DNA of 64,000 bases from Chiloscyllium plagiosum (lineage: Eukaryota), in the NCBI RefSeq assembly GCF_004010195.1, contig NC_057753.1, positions 8,641,182 to 8,705,181 of the forward strand, written 5' to 3'. How positions within the stretch are numbered: the stretch's first letter is position 1; every line of letters begins with the position of its first letter. Both the position numbers and the translations under genes were made by a program. The notes beneath the pieces were generated by a model. That model worked only from the letters and a program-made list of their open reading frames with translations, searched no databases and had not been told where the DNA came from. Shown piece after piece: positions 1-12,299 of the stretch.

Positions 1-629
1 AGCTTCCAACCTAGCTCCCTGAATGCCTGCCTAACATCCTCAGCGCTCCTCCTACCTATGTCGTTGGTGCCAATGTGGACCACGACTTCGGGTTGCTCCC
101 CCTCCCCCTCCAGGACCCGGAAAACACGATCAGTGACATCACGTACCCTTGCACCTGGGAGGCAACATATCAAACGTGAGTCTCTCTCGTTCCCACAAAA
201 CCTCCTATCTGTGCCCCGAATTATCGAGTCCCCAATTAGTATTGCTCTGCTCTTCTCCACCCTTCCCTTCTGAGAACCGGGGTCAGGCTCCGTGCCAGAG
301 GCCTGAGGCCCGTGACTTGCCCCTGGTAAGTCGTCCCCCCCACAAGTATCCAAAACGGTCTACTTGTTCTTGAGATGAACGGCCGCAGGGGGTCCCTGCA
401 CTGGCTGCTTCCTCCCAGTCCCCCTCACTGTCACCCAACTATCTGCCATCTTTGGAGTTACTACTTCCCTAAAGCTCCGATCTATGACCCCCTCTGCCTC
501 CCGAATGATCCTAAGTGCATCCAACTCCAGCTCCAGTTCCCTAACGCGGTCTTGGAGGAGCTGGAGATGGGTGCACTTCCTGCAAGTGTAATCAGCAGGG
601 ACGTCCATGGCATCCCTCACCTCAGACAT
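1..629 (-). mobile_element. CR1 LINE ORF1 fragment (zinc finger/coiled coil followed by SGNH esterase region), inverted relative to the adjacent ORF2
   Basis: ORF 360..629 has DYTCRKCTHLQLLQDRVRELELELD (CR1 ORF1 Zn-finger/leucine zipper). Further along the minus strand are esterase-type blocks IIRGTDRRFC and VVVHIGTNDI. Confidence 0.85.
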
Positions 630-3466
630 GGATAGAGCAGGTATAGGAATGGTTGCAGCAGGTTCCAGGATATAGACGTTTCAGTAAGAACAGAGAAGTT
701 GGTAAAAGAGGGGTAGGTATGGCATTGTTGGTCAAGAACAGTACTGCAGTTGTAGAAAGAATGCTTTGGGACTCGTCAACTGAGGTAGTATGGGCTGATG
801 TTAGAAACAGGAAAGAAGAGGTCACCCTGTTGGGAGTTTTCTATAGGCATCTGAATATTTCCAGAGATGTAGAGGAAAGGATAGCAAAGATGATTCTCAT
901 TAGGAGTGAGAGAGACAGGAGAGTTGTGATGGGGGACTTCAACTTTCCAAATACTGACTGGGAACACGACAGTACGAGTACTACAGATAGGTCAGTTTTT
1001 GCCCAATGTTTGCAGGAAGGCTTTCTGACACAGTATGTAGACAGACCAACAAGGGGTGAAGCCACATTAGATTTGGTACTGGGTAATGAGACCGGCCAGG
1101 TGTTAGACTTGGAAGTAGGTGAGCACTTTGGTGATAGCGATCACAATTCTGTTATGTTTACTTTAGTGATAGAAAGGGATAGGTGTATACCACTGGGCGA
1201 GAGTTACAGCTGGGGGAAAGACAATTACGATGCGATTAGGTAAGATTTAGGAAGCATAGAATGGGGAAGGAAACTGCAGGGGATGGGCACATTAGAAACG
1301 TGGAGCTTATTCAAGGAAAAACTCCTGAGTGTCCAAGATACGTATGTGTCTGTCAGAGCGCGGGAGCCGTGGATTATGAAGAAAGTGGAATCTCTAGTCA
1401 AGAGGAAGAAGAAGGCTTATGTTAGGATGAGATGTGAAGGCTCAGTTAGGGCGCTTCAGGGTTACAAGGTAGCCAGGAAAGACCTAAAGAGAGAGCTCAG
1501 AAGAGGCGGGGGAGACATGAGAATTTGTTGGCGGATAGGATCAGAGTTAACCCTAAGGCTTTGTATAGGTTTTTAAAGAATAAAAGAATGACGAGAGTAA
1601 GATTAGGACCAATCAAGGATAGTAGTGGGAAGTTGTGTGTGGGGTCAGCAAAGATAGGGGAAGCACGAAATGAATATTTTTCGAAAGTATTCACTCTAGT
1701 AAACGACAGTGTTGTCGAGGAGAATACTGAGATACAGGCTACTAGACTAGGTGGGAGTGAGGATCACAAGGAAGAGGTATTAGAAATCCTGCAGAGTGTG
1801 AATATAGATAAGTCCCCTGGGCCAGATGGGACTCAGAGCTGAAAATGTGTTGCTGGAAAAGCGCAGCAGGTCAGGCAGCATCCAAGAAGCAGGAGAATCG
1901 ACGTTTCGGGCATGAGCCCTCCGTCAGGGATCACAGATGGGATTCATCCTAGTATCCTCTGGAAAGCCAGGGAGGAGATTGCTGAGCCTTTGACATTGAT
2001 CTTTAAATCGTCATTGTCTACAGGAATAGTACCAGAAGACGAGAGGATAGCAAATGTGGTTCCCCTGTTCAAGAAGGGGAGTAGAGACAACCCTGGTAAT
2101 TATAGACCAGTGAGCCTTACTTCAGTTGTTGGTAAAGTGCTGGAAAAGGTTATAAGAGATAGGATTTATAATCATCTAGAAAAGAATAATTTGATTAGGG
2201 ACAGTCAGCACGGTTTTGTGAAGGGCAGGTCGTGCCTCAAAAGCCTTATTGAGTTCTGTGAGAAGGTGACCAAACAGGTAGATGAGAGTAAACCGGTTGA
2301 TGTGGTGTATATGGATTTCAGCAAGGCATTCGATAAGGCTCCCCACCGTAGGCTATTGTACAAAATGCGGAGGAATGGGATTGTGGGAGATACAGCAGTT
2401 TGGATCAGTAATTGGCTTGCTGAAAGAAGACAGAGGGTGGTGGTTGATGGGAAATATTAATCCTGGAGTCCAGTTACTAGTGGTGTACCGCAAGAGTCGG
2501 TGTTGGGTGCACTGATGTTCGTCATTTTATAACCGACCTGGATGAGAGTGTAGAAGGGAGGGTTAGTAAAATTTGCAGATGACACTAAGGTCGGTGGAGT
2601 TGTGGATCCTGGCAAAGGATGTTGTAGGTTACAGAGAGACATAGATAAGCTGCAGAGCTTGGCTGACAGGTGGCAAATGGAGTTTAATGCGGACAAGTGT
2701 GAGATGATTCACTTTGGTTGGAGTAACCGGAATGCAAAGTAATGGGCTAATGGTAAGATTCTTGGTAGTGTAGATGAGAAGAGAGATCTCGGTGTCCAGG
2801 GACACAGATCCTTGAAAGTTGCCACCCAGGTTGACAGGGTCGTTAAGAAGGCATACAGTGTTTTAGCTTTTATTAATAGAGGGATCGAGTTCCGGAACCA
2901 GGAGGTTATGCTGCAGCTGTACAAAGCTCTGGTACAGCCGCACTTGGAGTATTGTGTACAGTTCTGGTCACCACATTATAAGAAGGATGTGGAAGCTTTG
3001 TAAAGGGTGCAGAGGAGATTTACGAGGATGTTGCCTGGTATGGAGGGGAGGTCTTACGAGGAAAGGCTGAGGGACTTGAGGCTGTTTTAGTTGGAGAAGA
3101 AGGTTGAGAGGTGACTTAATAGAGACATATAAGATAACCAGAGGTTAGATAGTGTGAACAGGGAGAGCCTTTTTCCATGTATGGTGATGGTGAGCATGAG
3201 GGGGAATAGCTTTAAATTGAGGGGTGATAGATGTAGGATAGATGTCTGAGGTAGTTCGTTCATTCAGGGAGTAGTAAGGGTATGGAATGCTTTGCCTGCA
3301 ACGGTAGCAGATTCGCCAACTTTAAGTACATTTAAGTCGTCATTGGACAAGAATATGGACGTACATGGAATAGAGTAGGTTCGATGGGCTTCAAATTGGT
3401 TTGACTGGTCGGTGCAAAGTCGAGGGCGGAAAGGCCTGTACTGCGCTGTAATATTCTATTTTCTAT
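624..3466 (+). mobile_element. CR1 LINE ORF2 (APE endonuclease + RT) with 3' UTR, degenerate
   Basis: ORFs 653..1243 (VMGDFNFP, LDLVL, SDHN endonuclease motifs), 1912..2460 (NYRPVSLTS, QHGF, YMDFSKAFDK) and 2812..3003 (HLEYCVQFWSP). Ends in the CR1 3' stem-loop/tail gcctgtactgcgctgtaatattctattttctat. Several stops and frameshifts. Confidence 0.95.
1832..1933 (-). mobile_element. Short Penelope-like terminal-repeat insertion with a hammerhead-like motif, inside CR1
   Basis: Interrupts CR1 DKSPGPDG|IHP and is flanked by cagatggga at 1823-1831 and 1934-1942. Minus strand 1927-1900 reads CTGACGG A GGGC TCAT GCCC GAAAC GTC. Confidence 0.8.
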
Positions 3467-4129
3467 ATCCTTACTCCTCCAGAACAAATGTTGAAACATT
3501 AAAATTGGAGCCTGAAAAATAATTTGCATCTGTAATTCTGACATAAAAAGTGGGGACAGATAAAATCATACATAATACGACGAAGCTTTTTGAGATGGCA
3601 AACCTTACAACCATGGACTTTCTCCACTTCCCAATCTCTGGATCACGCTAATTGTCTCAATTGCGTTGTGTCTTTGTGTCGCAGGCTCCATTGGCTGTTA
3701 GAATGTGTTCGGCGGTCCCAGTATTTAGTCGGAAAATCGGTTTGAATGGGAGATACGACATTAAAATGCAATGAATCAAGACAAACACAGTCCATGTGAA
3801 TGAATTACAACTTTTTTTTACTGCAAAACTTCAGAATGTTATATGCAAAATACAGAAAGCATTTTTGAGAGAGCTCAGCTTCAATAAATTGTTGTAATAC
3901 ATCGTGCCATTTTCTCAGTACAGAATTTTGTTTTCGGCCTCTGACAAGATATATTCATTGACTTATCCAATGTGAAGGCAACAATCATACAGGAAGAAGA
4001 ATCTATGAGTGCACATATTAGTGCAATACAGACCAATGCGATTTGCAGGAAAATGAATGGGAAATAAATACCGGTAGTTATATTTAATACCTCAGTGGTA
4101 ATGATGAGAGGGACATTTGTTACTGCCAT
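3466..4129 (-). pseudogene. GPR139/GPR142-like GPCR pseudogene (TM2 to start of TM7)
   Basis: Minus strand reads MAVTNVPLIITTEVLNITTGIYFP..DSSSCMIVAFTLDKSMNISCQRPKTKFCTEKMA and later *RDPEIGKWRKSMVVRFAISKSFVVLCMILSVPTFYVRITDANYFSGSNFNVSTFVLEE*G, collinear with the two intact paralogues. It has in-frame stops and is cut by a CR1 at 3466 and a Penelope fragment at about 4129. Confidence 0.88.
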
Positions 4130-4502
4130 GAAACGACACAACCAGCTATCCTTAGTAGCAACACACGCAGATGACAAGCAACATAAATTCGACTTTGACA
4201 ACACTACTATTATAGGATAAGCAAAACAGAGAACAGCCAGGGAATTCCTAGAGGCATGGCACTTATCCACAGATTCAATCAATAAGCACATCGACCTGGA
4301 CCCAATATACCGACCACTGTAACGGACAGCTGGAACTGACAACCGGAAGCGGCAGATTCAAACCACTACAAATGCCGGAGGAAAGATCACAGAAGCGCTT
4401 CACAGGAGGCTGCCAAGGACTGAGGATGTCACCTAGACAGGGAACGAAACGGCTGCAACACAAATTCCCAGCTCGGTTAACAGAACCACAAAAACGAGCA
4501 CC
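4129..4502 (+). mobile_element. Penelope-like element 3' fragment (GIY-YIG C-terminus + terminal repeat with hammerhead motif)
   Basis: Encodes HADDKQHKFDFDNTTIIG*AKQRTAREFLEAWH, near-identical to 22715-23075. Motif CTGAGGA T GTCACC..GGGAAC GAAAC GGC at 4420-4453. Confidence 0.85.
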
Positions 4503-5365
4503 CCCGCACAGAACCATGTTGCCTATCGCTGATTATCTCATTCCTTTCTAAATATAATTAGATCCTATCTCTCAGTACCCTCTCCAGCAACTTCCCTGCT
4601 ACCGACGTCAGGCTCACTGGTATGTAGTTACCCGGAATATAGCTACTACCCTTTTTGTACAGGGGGAGAACATGAGCAAATTTCGAGTCCTTCGGCACCT
4701 CACCTGCGTTTAAGAATCAGCTTGAATTTCGGACAGATTTATCGAGGAGGCGACAGAGTCATGACAGAATTGGGGAGTAGATTTCATTGCAATAATACTT
4801 ATAACTCAATTATACCATTAATCATTCATGTATCAGACTGCTTTCTGGCTAGTTCATGTAAGGTATAATCTACATCAATTATTTATTTTTCATTCGTGGG
4901 ATGAGGGCATCGCTGGTATTGTCATCATTGTCAACCATTCCTAATTGCTCTTGTTGCGAGGTACCATCTTGAGACACTGCAATCTATTTGATGTAAGTTG
5001 ATTCAGAATGCCATTACAAACGGGGTTTACATGATCCGGTGACATTGAAGGAAGCGTAAAATATCTGTAAGTCAGAATGTTAAGTGTTTTAGAAGAAACG
5101 TGCAGATACTCCTCATGTACTAATTGTCGTTGCTCTTGGTGATGCAAGTACTCATGATACATTGTAGCACAACACGTCAGCCAGCTTCTGAGTAGGAGGA
5201 GAATCGATGCTTCGGGCATAAACCCATCATCACTTTAAATGTAGAGATACCGAGGAAATTTGCAACAAAAAGGGAGGTGTGGTACTTACGCAAAGAAAGA
5301 AAGCAAACACAAAGGTGGACAAAACTCTCGACTTTGATCTCTAGCACCTGAAGTCCTCACTTTAG

Positions 5366-7158
5366 TCTTAGAGTCGTACAGTCATAGAGATGTATAGCAC
5401 GGAAACAGACCCTTGGGTCCAATACGTCCATGCCGACGAGATATCCCAAACCAATCTAGTCCCACCTGCCAGCACCCGGTCCATATCGCTCCAAATCTTT
5501 CAATTCATTTACCCATACAAATACCTCTTACATTTTGTAATTGCACAAGCCTCTACCACCTCCTCTGGCAGTTCATTCCATACACGTACCACCCTCTAAG
5601 TGAAACCGTTACCCCTTAGGTCTCTTTTATGTCTTTCCACTCTCACCCTAAATCTCTGCCCTGTCGTTCTGGACTTCCCGACAACAGGGAAAAGACTTTG
5701 TCTATTTACCCTATCCATGCTCCCCATAATTTTGTCAACCTCTATAAGGTCATCCTTCCGCCTCCGATGTTCCAGGGAAAGCAGCCCTAGCCTGTTCAGC
5801 CTCACCCTGTAGCTCAAATCCTCCAAACTTGGCAACATCCTTGTCAATCTTTTATGAACCCTTTCAAATTTCTCAAAATCTTTCCGATAGAAAGGAGACC
5901 AGATTTGTACGCAGTATTCCAACAGTGGCCTAACCTCTGAAAGTTGCCACCCAGGTAAATAGTGCGGTGAGGAAGGCATATGGCGTACTGGCTTTTATTG
6001 GTAGAGGAATTGAGTTCCGGAGTCCTGAGGTCATGATGCAGTTGTATAAGACTCTGGTACGGCCGCATCTGGAATATTGTGTGCAGTTTTGGTCGCCATA
6101 CTATAGGAAGGATGTGGAGGCATTGGAACGGGTGCAGAGGAGGTTTACCAGGATGTTGCCTGGTATGAAAGGAAAATCGTATGAGGAAAGACTGAGGCAC
6201 TTGGGGCTGTTTTCACTAGAGAAAAGAAGGTTTAGGGGTGACTTGATTGAGGTGTACAAGATGATTAGGGGGTTAGATAGGGTCGACAGTATGAACCTTT
6301 TCCCGCGTATTGAGTCGGGTATTACAAGGGGGCATAGCTTTAAATTAAGGGGGGGTAGATATAGGACTGATGTTAGGGGTAGGTTCTTCACTCAGCGAGT
6401 CGTTAGTTCATGGAATGCCCTGCCAGTAACAGTGGTGGACTCTCCCTCTTTATGGGCATTTAAGAGGGCATTGGATAGGTATATGGAGGATAGTGGGTTA
6501 GTGTAGTTTAGGTGGGCTTGGATCGGCGCAACATCGAGGGCCCAAGGGCCTGTACTGCGCTGTATTCTTCTATGTTCTATGTTCTATGTTCAATGTCCTG
6601 TACAGCCGCTAAATGACCTCCCAACTTCTGTACTCAATACTCTGACTAATAAAGAAAAGCATACCAAACGCCTTGTTCACTATCCCATCTACCTGCGACT
6701 ACACTTTCAAGGAGCTATGAACCTGCACTCCAAGGTCTCTTTGTTGAACAACACGCCCTAAGTGTATACGTCCTGCCAAGATTTGCTTTCCCAAAATGCA
6801 GCACATCACATTTATCTGAATTAAACTCCATCTGCCACTTCTCACCCCATTGGCCCATCTGGTCAAGATCCTGTTGTAATCTGAGGTAACCCTCTTTGCT
6901 GTCCACTACACCTCCGACTTTGGTGTCGTCTGCAAACTTACTAACTGTCCCTCTTGTGCTTGCATCCAAATCATTTCTGTCAATGATAAAAAGTTGAAGA
7001 CCCAGCACTGACCCTTGTGGTCTCCACTGGTCACAGGCCTCCAGTCTGAAAAACAACCCTCCACCACCACCCTCTGTCTTCTACTTTTGAGCCAGTTCTG
7101 TATCTAATTAGCCAGTTATCCATGTGTTCCGTGAGATCGAACCTTGCTAACCAGCCTT
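5366..7158 (-). mobile_element. CR1 3' part (RT C-terminus and 3' UTR), interrupted by a younger plus-strand CR1
   Basis: ORFs 5596..5979 (LEYCVQIWSPF) and 6715..7056 (PQGSVLG, KFADDTK). Tail repeat agagtcgtacagtcatagaga at about 5370. Confidence 0.88.
5935..6590 (+). mobile_element. Nested 5'-truncated CR1 with an intact reading frame to the stop and a (TTCTATG)n tail
   Basis: ORF 5967..6506 is uninterrupted (RPHLEYCVQFWSPYYRKD ... FFTQRVVSSWNALP). Tail ttctatgttctatgttctatg at about 6568-6590. Confidence 0.92.
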
Positions 7159-7870
7159 GTTAACCTATGGAGAGTATCTTGCAAATGGTGAGTGCGGATT
7201 TTGTAGAGCAATAGTTGCAGCAGGTGTGGATGTTTCTGGAGCTCGTGCCAATCATTTTGACTGCATGGTCCTGGATTGTCTCAAGCTTCTTGAGCATAAT
7301 TGAAGCTTCAGTTGGCAAGTGGAGAGCATTCCATCACACATCTGATGTGTTTCGTACATTTAATGATCATATTTTGGGGATTTATGACTTGGTGGTGGTG
7401 AACATATTTTGGTGAGTCAGGAGGTGAGAGTTTCCCTGCAATATTCCTAGCCCCACTCCTACCCTTCTAACCAAGGTATTTATCTTGCCAGGTCCGTTCT
7501 GTGGAGTATACGACAAGTGAAGTCTTACTGCAAATTAAAAAGTTCTGGTGAGCCCATATCTGAAGCACCTTGAGCAGTTTTGCTCATTTATTTAACAGAA
7601 GATGTTATTCCATCAGACGGATTTCAGAGAAGTTTCACTTGGATGATTCCTAGAAGAGTTGACTTATGAGCAAGTGTCAAACAGATTGGGATCTGACTCA
7701 TTGGAATTCAGCATAATGAGGGATGATCTTGCTGAAACATGTAGGATTCTTAAGTCGCCCGACAGGATCAATGATCAGAGGATGTTTCCGTCAAGAGTGA
7801 ATCTAAGATCGAAGGGTGCATACTCAGGATTCAGGAGGGCAATTTAAGACTGAGATAAGAAGGAATTCGA

Positions 7871-8230
7871 GTGGCATAGTGCGTCAGTTGTTAGGATTGC
7901 TACCTCAAGGTGCCAGAAACCCGGTTTCATTTCCGACCTTGGGTGACTGTCTGTCTGCAGTTTACACATTCTCCCTGTGTTTATGTGGGTTTATTCTGGG
8001 TGCTCTCGTTTCCTCCCACAGTTCAAAGACGTGCAGGTTAGGTGGATTGGACATATTAAATTGCCTGTTGTGTCCAGGGATGTGTGGGCTACTTGGATCA
8101 GCCATATAAAATGCAGGGTTAGAATATAGGGTAGCAAGAGACTGAGTGGGAAACTCTTTGGAGTGGTGGACATGGACTCGATGGGCCGAATGGCCTGCTT
8201 CTATACTGTAGATACTTTATGATCCTATGA
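7871..8230 (+). mobile_element. Degenerate tRNA-derived HE1/V-SINE-type SINE
   Basis: Diverged copy of the 9193 element (gtttacacattctccctgtg..ggtttattctgggtgctc..tttcctcccacagttcaaagacgtgcaggtta) with a CR1-like 3' tail. Confidence 0.7.
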
Positions 8231-8332
8231 ATTTTTCAACAGGGCTGTGAGTCGTCAGAAATGTTTGCCACAGAGTACTGTGGACAAAGTCATTGGGTAT
8301 CATTATTTTTGAGATAGATCTACCCTTTATCA

Positions 8333-9895
8333 TAGAACATAGAACATAGAACAGTACAGCACAGAACAGACCTTTCAGCCCACGATGTTATGCCGACCAT
8401 TGATCCTCATGTATGCACCTTCAAATTTCTGTTACCATATGCATGTCCAGTAGTCTCTTAAATGCCCCCAATGACCTTGCTTCCACAACTGCTGCTGGCA
8501 ACGCATTCCATGCTCTCACAACTCTCTGTGAAAAGAACCCGCCTCTGACATCCCCTCTATATTTTCCACCAACCAGCTTAAAAGTATGACCCCTCGTGTT
8601 AGTCATTTCTGCCCTGGGAAATAGTCTCTGGATATCGACTCTATCTATGCCTCTCATTATCTTGTATACCTCAATTAAGTCCCCACTCCTCCTCCTTTTC
8701 TCCAATGAAAAACGTCCGAGCTCAGTCAACCTCTCTTCATAAGAAAAGCCCTCCAGTCCAGGCAGCATCCTGATAAACCTCCTCTGCATCCTTTCCAAAG
8801 CATCCACATCTTTCCTATAATAGGGAGACCAGAACTGGACGCAGTATTCTAAGTGCGGTCTAACCAAAGTTTTATAGATCTGCAACAAGATCTCACGCCT
8901 CGTAAACTCATTGATGATAGCCAAAACACCATATGCTTTCTTCACAACCCTGTCCACTTGGGTGGCCATCTATGTACCTGCACACCAAGATCCGTCTGTT
9001 CCTTCACACTAGCAAGAATCCTATCCTTTATCCTGTACTCAACTTTTAAATTCAACCTTCCAAAATGCATCTTCGCATTTTTCCAGGTTGAACTCCATCT
9101 GCCACCTCTCAGCCCAGCTCCGCATCCTGTCAATGTCCCGCTACAGCCTATAACAGCTCTCTATACTGTGAACGACACCTCCAAAACTTTGTGGGCGGCA
9201 CGGTGGCACAGTGGTTAGCACTGCTGCCTCACAGCGCCTGAGACCTGGGTTCAATTCCTGCCTCAGGCGACTGACTGTGTGGAGTTTGCACGTTCTCCCC
9301 GTGTCTGCGTGGGTTTCCTCCAGGTGCTCCGGTTTCCTCCCACAGTCCAAAGATGTGCAGGGTTAGGTGACTTGGCCATACTAAATTGCCCGTAGTGTTA
9401 GGTAGGGGTAAATGTAGGGGTATCGGTGGGTTTCGCTTCGGCGGGTCGGTGTGGACTTGTTGGGCCGAAGGGCCTGTTTCCACACTGTAATGTAATCTAA
9501 TCTAATCTAATCTAATCTAATCAACCATTGTGTCGTCTGCAAACTTGCTGACCCGTTCTTCAATCCTCTCATCCAAGTCATTAATAAAAATTACAAACAG
9601 TAGAAGCCCAAGGACAGAGCCCTGTGGAACACCACTCACCACTGACTTCCAGGCAGAATATGTTCCTTCTACTACCACTCGCTGTCTTCTGTTGGCCAGC
9701 CAATTCTGTATCCAGGCAGCTAGGTTCCCCTATATCCCATTCCTCCTGACCTTCTGAATGAGCCTACCATGGGGAACATTATCAAATGCCTTGCTGAAGT
9801 TCATAAACACCACATCCACAGCTCAACCCTCATCAATTTTTCTAGTCACATTCTCAAAGAACTCGATAAGGTTTTTGAGGCATGACCTGCCCCTC
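8333..9895 (-). mobile_element. CR1 3' part with (CATAGAA)n tail, interrupted by a SINE
   Basis: ORF 8421..8969 is the CR1 ORF2 C-terminus. RT motifs continue at 9525-9895 (PQGSVLG, FADDT, FSKAFD). Confidence 0.9.
9193..9522 (+). mobile_element. tRNA-derived SINE (HE1/V-SINE type) with CR1-derived 3' end and (TCTAA)n tail
   Basis: A-box tggcacagtgg (9204-9214), B-box gggttcaattcc (9247-9258), central V-domain-like gtttgcacgttctccccgtgtctgcgtgggtttcctcc, 3' ccgaagggcctgtttccacactgtaa and repeat tail. Confidence 0.9.
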
Positions 9896-11363
9896 AGAAG
9901 GAGAATCCATGGTTAAGGGGGAAGGTTAGGAAAGTCGACATGTGGGATGTGCACCCATGATCCTTTTGAATGATGGAGCAGGCTTCGGGGCCTACGGGAC
10001 ACCACCTGCTTCCATCTGTAATGGTATTATGTCTTCTTGTCTGTAGCACACAATGCGAACTTATCTCATTTGCTGTTCGTGAACTTTTCCTCTGCCTTTG
10101 GGTAGAGTACTGGATATCGTTTACATGGATTTTAGGAAGGCTTTGGACAATGCTCCTCATGGTATGCTCGTCGAGAAGATTAGAATGCACGGTATCCACA
10201 GAGACATGCCCTATTTGGTTCAGGATGAGTTTGCTCAGAGTTGTGGAAGGTGTGTTTGTTTTCTGCACTAAGTTAACAAAAAACACTTCTCCCCTTATTC
10301 CTTGTGTATCCCTCTATCCCCTCCCTATTCATGTAACCATCAAGATGTTTCTTAAATGTTGCAAATTTGCCTCATCCCACCACACCTTCTGGCAGTGAGT
10401 TCCAGGCTGCTACCACACCCTGCGTAAAATATTTCCTTCACACATCTTCCTTACATTTTCCCCTATTCAACTTGAACTTGTGACCCCGTGCAACTACGAC
10501 TCCAGGATCAAGCCTCTGACGATCCATTCTATCCATGAGTCTCATAAAATTGTCGACCGCTATCAAGTCTCATCTCTGCCACCATCTTTCCAGTGAAAAC
10601 GATCCTAATCTTTTCCAACTTACTCGTAAATAGTCATGATCTATCATCGTGGAGCAGCATCGAAGCGATGAAAGACTTATTATGTTCGTCTGAAGTTATG
10701 TTGTACAAATTTCGACCAACTCCCTCTTTTGACCTACTCTGCTGCACCAAACTAAAACAAATCTCACCACCAACCATTGCAATGCAACATTAAGGCTGCT
10801 TCTCCAGGATTAATATATTCATGTTAAGGCTCTATTCATCACAGGCACTGAAGGTACCTTACATTTACCTCAGCGACCAGAAGAAAAAGGGTGTAGCAAC
10901 ATCCATGCATTTTCTTTCCTTTGTGCTTCAAATGCTTGAAACTGATCTCAGTCACGAGACTGATCGGCTGTGAAGAGACTTATAACAATGAACTCTTCTC
11001 TGTGAAACTCACCACAGGATTAAATCAATTTTCTGAAGGTGATCAGATTAAGTCCAGACTTAATGAAAAGCTCTGCATTGTTGCAAACAAATAAAATAGA
11101 CGTACTTTGAATGGTCTGCTAAAAAGACATGCAATAATGTGCAGAAGGCTTTGATTTCACGTTTTCATGAAGATTCATATCTCTCGTGGAAATATCCAGC
11201 TCATGTAAAGCTCTCATCAAGCAATCTGCATATCTATTGGGATATGTGAGACTCTGCTTATGGAAATTCACTTGTTAGTAACTTAGAATGCATGCTGATG
11301 TTCAGAATACCAATAATTCATTCCAATGTTTTTAAACTCACCCTGACGATAAAAACAGCAATA

Positions 11364-11369
11364 TTTATT
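11364..11369 (-). terminator. Candidate polyadenylation signal (AATAAA) of gene A
   Basis: tttatt on the plus strand about 40 nt beyond the stop codon. Confidence 0.35.
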
Positions 11370-11409
11370 ATGAACAGATTGAATTATTGCTGAAGCTCTT
11401 TGCATTACT

Positions 11410-12299
11410 TTATTTAAATAATTTCAAGGGATGCAACAATATATTTTGTAACTCTTCTCTAAATTTTCTTTGCGTCACCACATAAATAAATGTGTTTGTG
11501 CAGCAACTCAACAACTGAAGCATGTTTGCAATTTCTCGCAATATAAATTTGGGGTCATTGAAGCTGCTAATGTTGTTATTATTTGTAAAGCGGTCATAGA
11601 AGAATTGAGCCACATACGTCATCCATAAGAGCATGAAGCTACCTGAAATAGTGAAAAGTAACACAATAGACTTTCTCCGACTCTCCATCTCTGGATCACT
11701 GTGACCATCTTTATCCTCTTGTGCCCGGAGTCGTTTGCGGGCTCTACTAGACATTAATATATGCTTGACTGTCAGAACATTCAGTGAAAGAATCAAGAAA
11801 AACGACAGGCAAGGGGTGAAAATACGATCAGACCAATCAAATACCGTCCACAAAAGTGAAGTATAGCGGATATCTTTCAGTTTGCAATACCAAGGGATAT
11901 TATTAATAACATAGATGGGCTCATGAATAAAATACCATGGAACACTTTTCAAACATCCTAGTGCAGACACTATTCCAATAATCACAACTGTAGTTTTATC
12001 GGTGAAATACTTTCTTTTCAGCTTCTGGATACAAATGGCCAGAAATCGATCAAATGTGAAAGCAACAGTTAACCATACAGAGCTGTCTCTTGAAGCATGA
12101 ATAAAGGCAATGTTGAGACTACACACATGCGTAATATACAGAAAACTTCCTGGAAAGTATATACCAGGAATACGGTTTATTATTACTGCAGTAATAATGA
12201 CGAGGAGATCAGTCACGGCCATGGAGATGAGATATTGGGTAATACATTGGGAAAGACCACAATGTCTTCGGGACAAGATCACAATAGCCACTACGTTAA
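11410..12299 (-). CDS. GPR139/GPR142-like class A GPCR, gene A, coding exon 2
   Basis: Open frame with 7TM hallmarks: MAVTDLL (TM2), TFDRFLAIC (DRY-like), PWYC (ECL2 Cys), DPEMESRRKS (ICL3), CCTNTFIY (TM7). Acceptor ttcttgcag at 12300, phase 1, stop at 11410. Confidence 0.93.

Noticed and set aside
9193..9265. tRNA gene
   Set aside because: The A/B boxes belong to a SINE head that continues into SINE body and LINE-derived tail, with four copies in the window.
9894..10630. ORFs 9894..10286 and 9970..10398 as novel genes
   Set aside because: Mosaic of decayed CR1 pieces (a 3' UTR, a YMDFRKALD-like RT remnant and a minus-strand 3' end).
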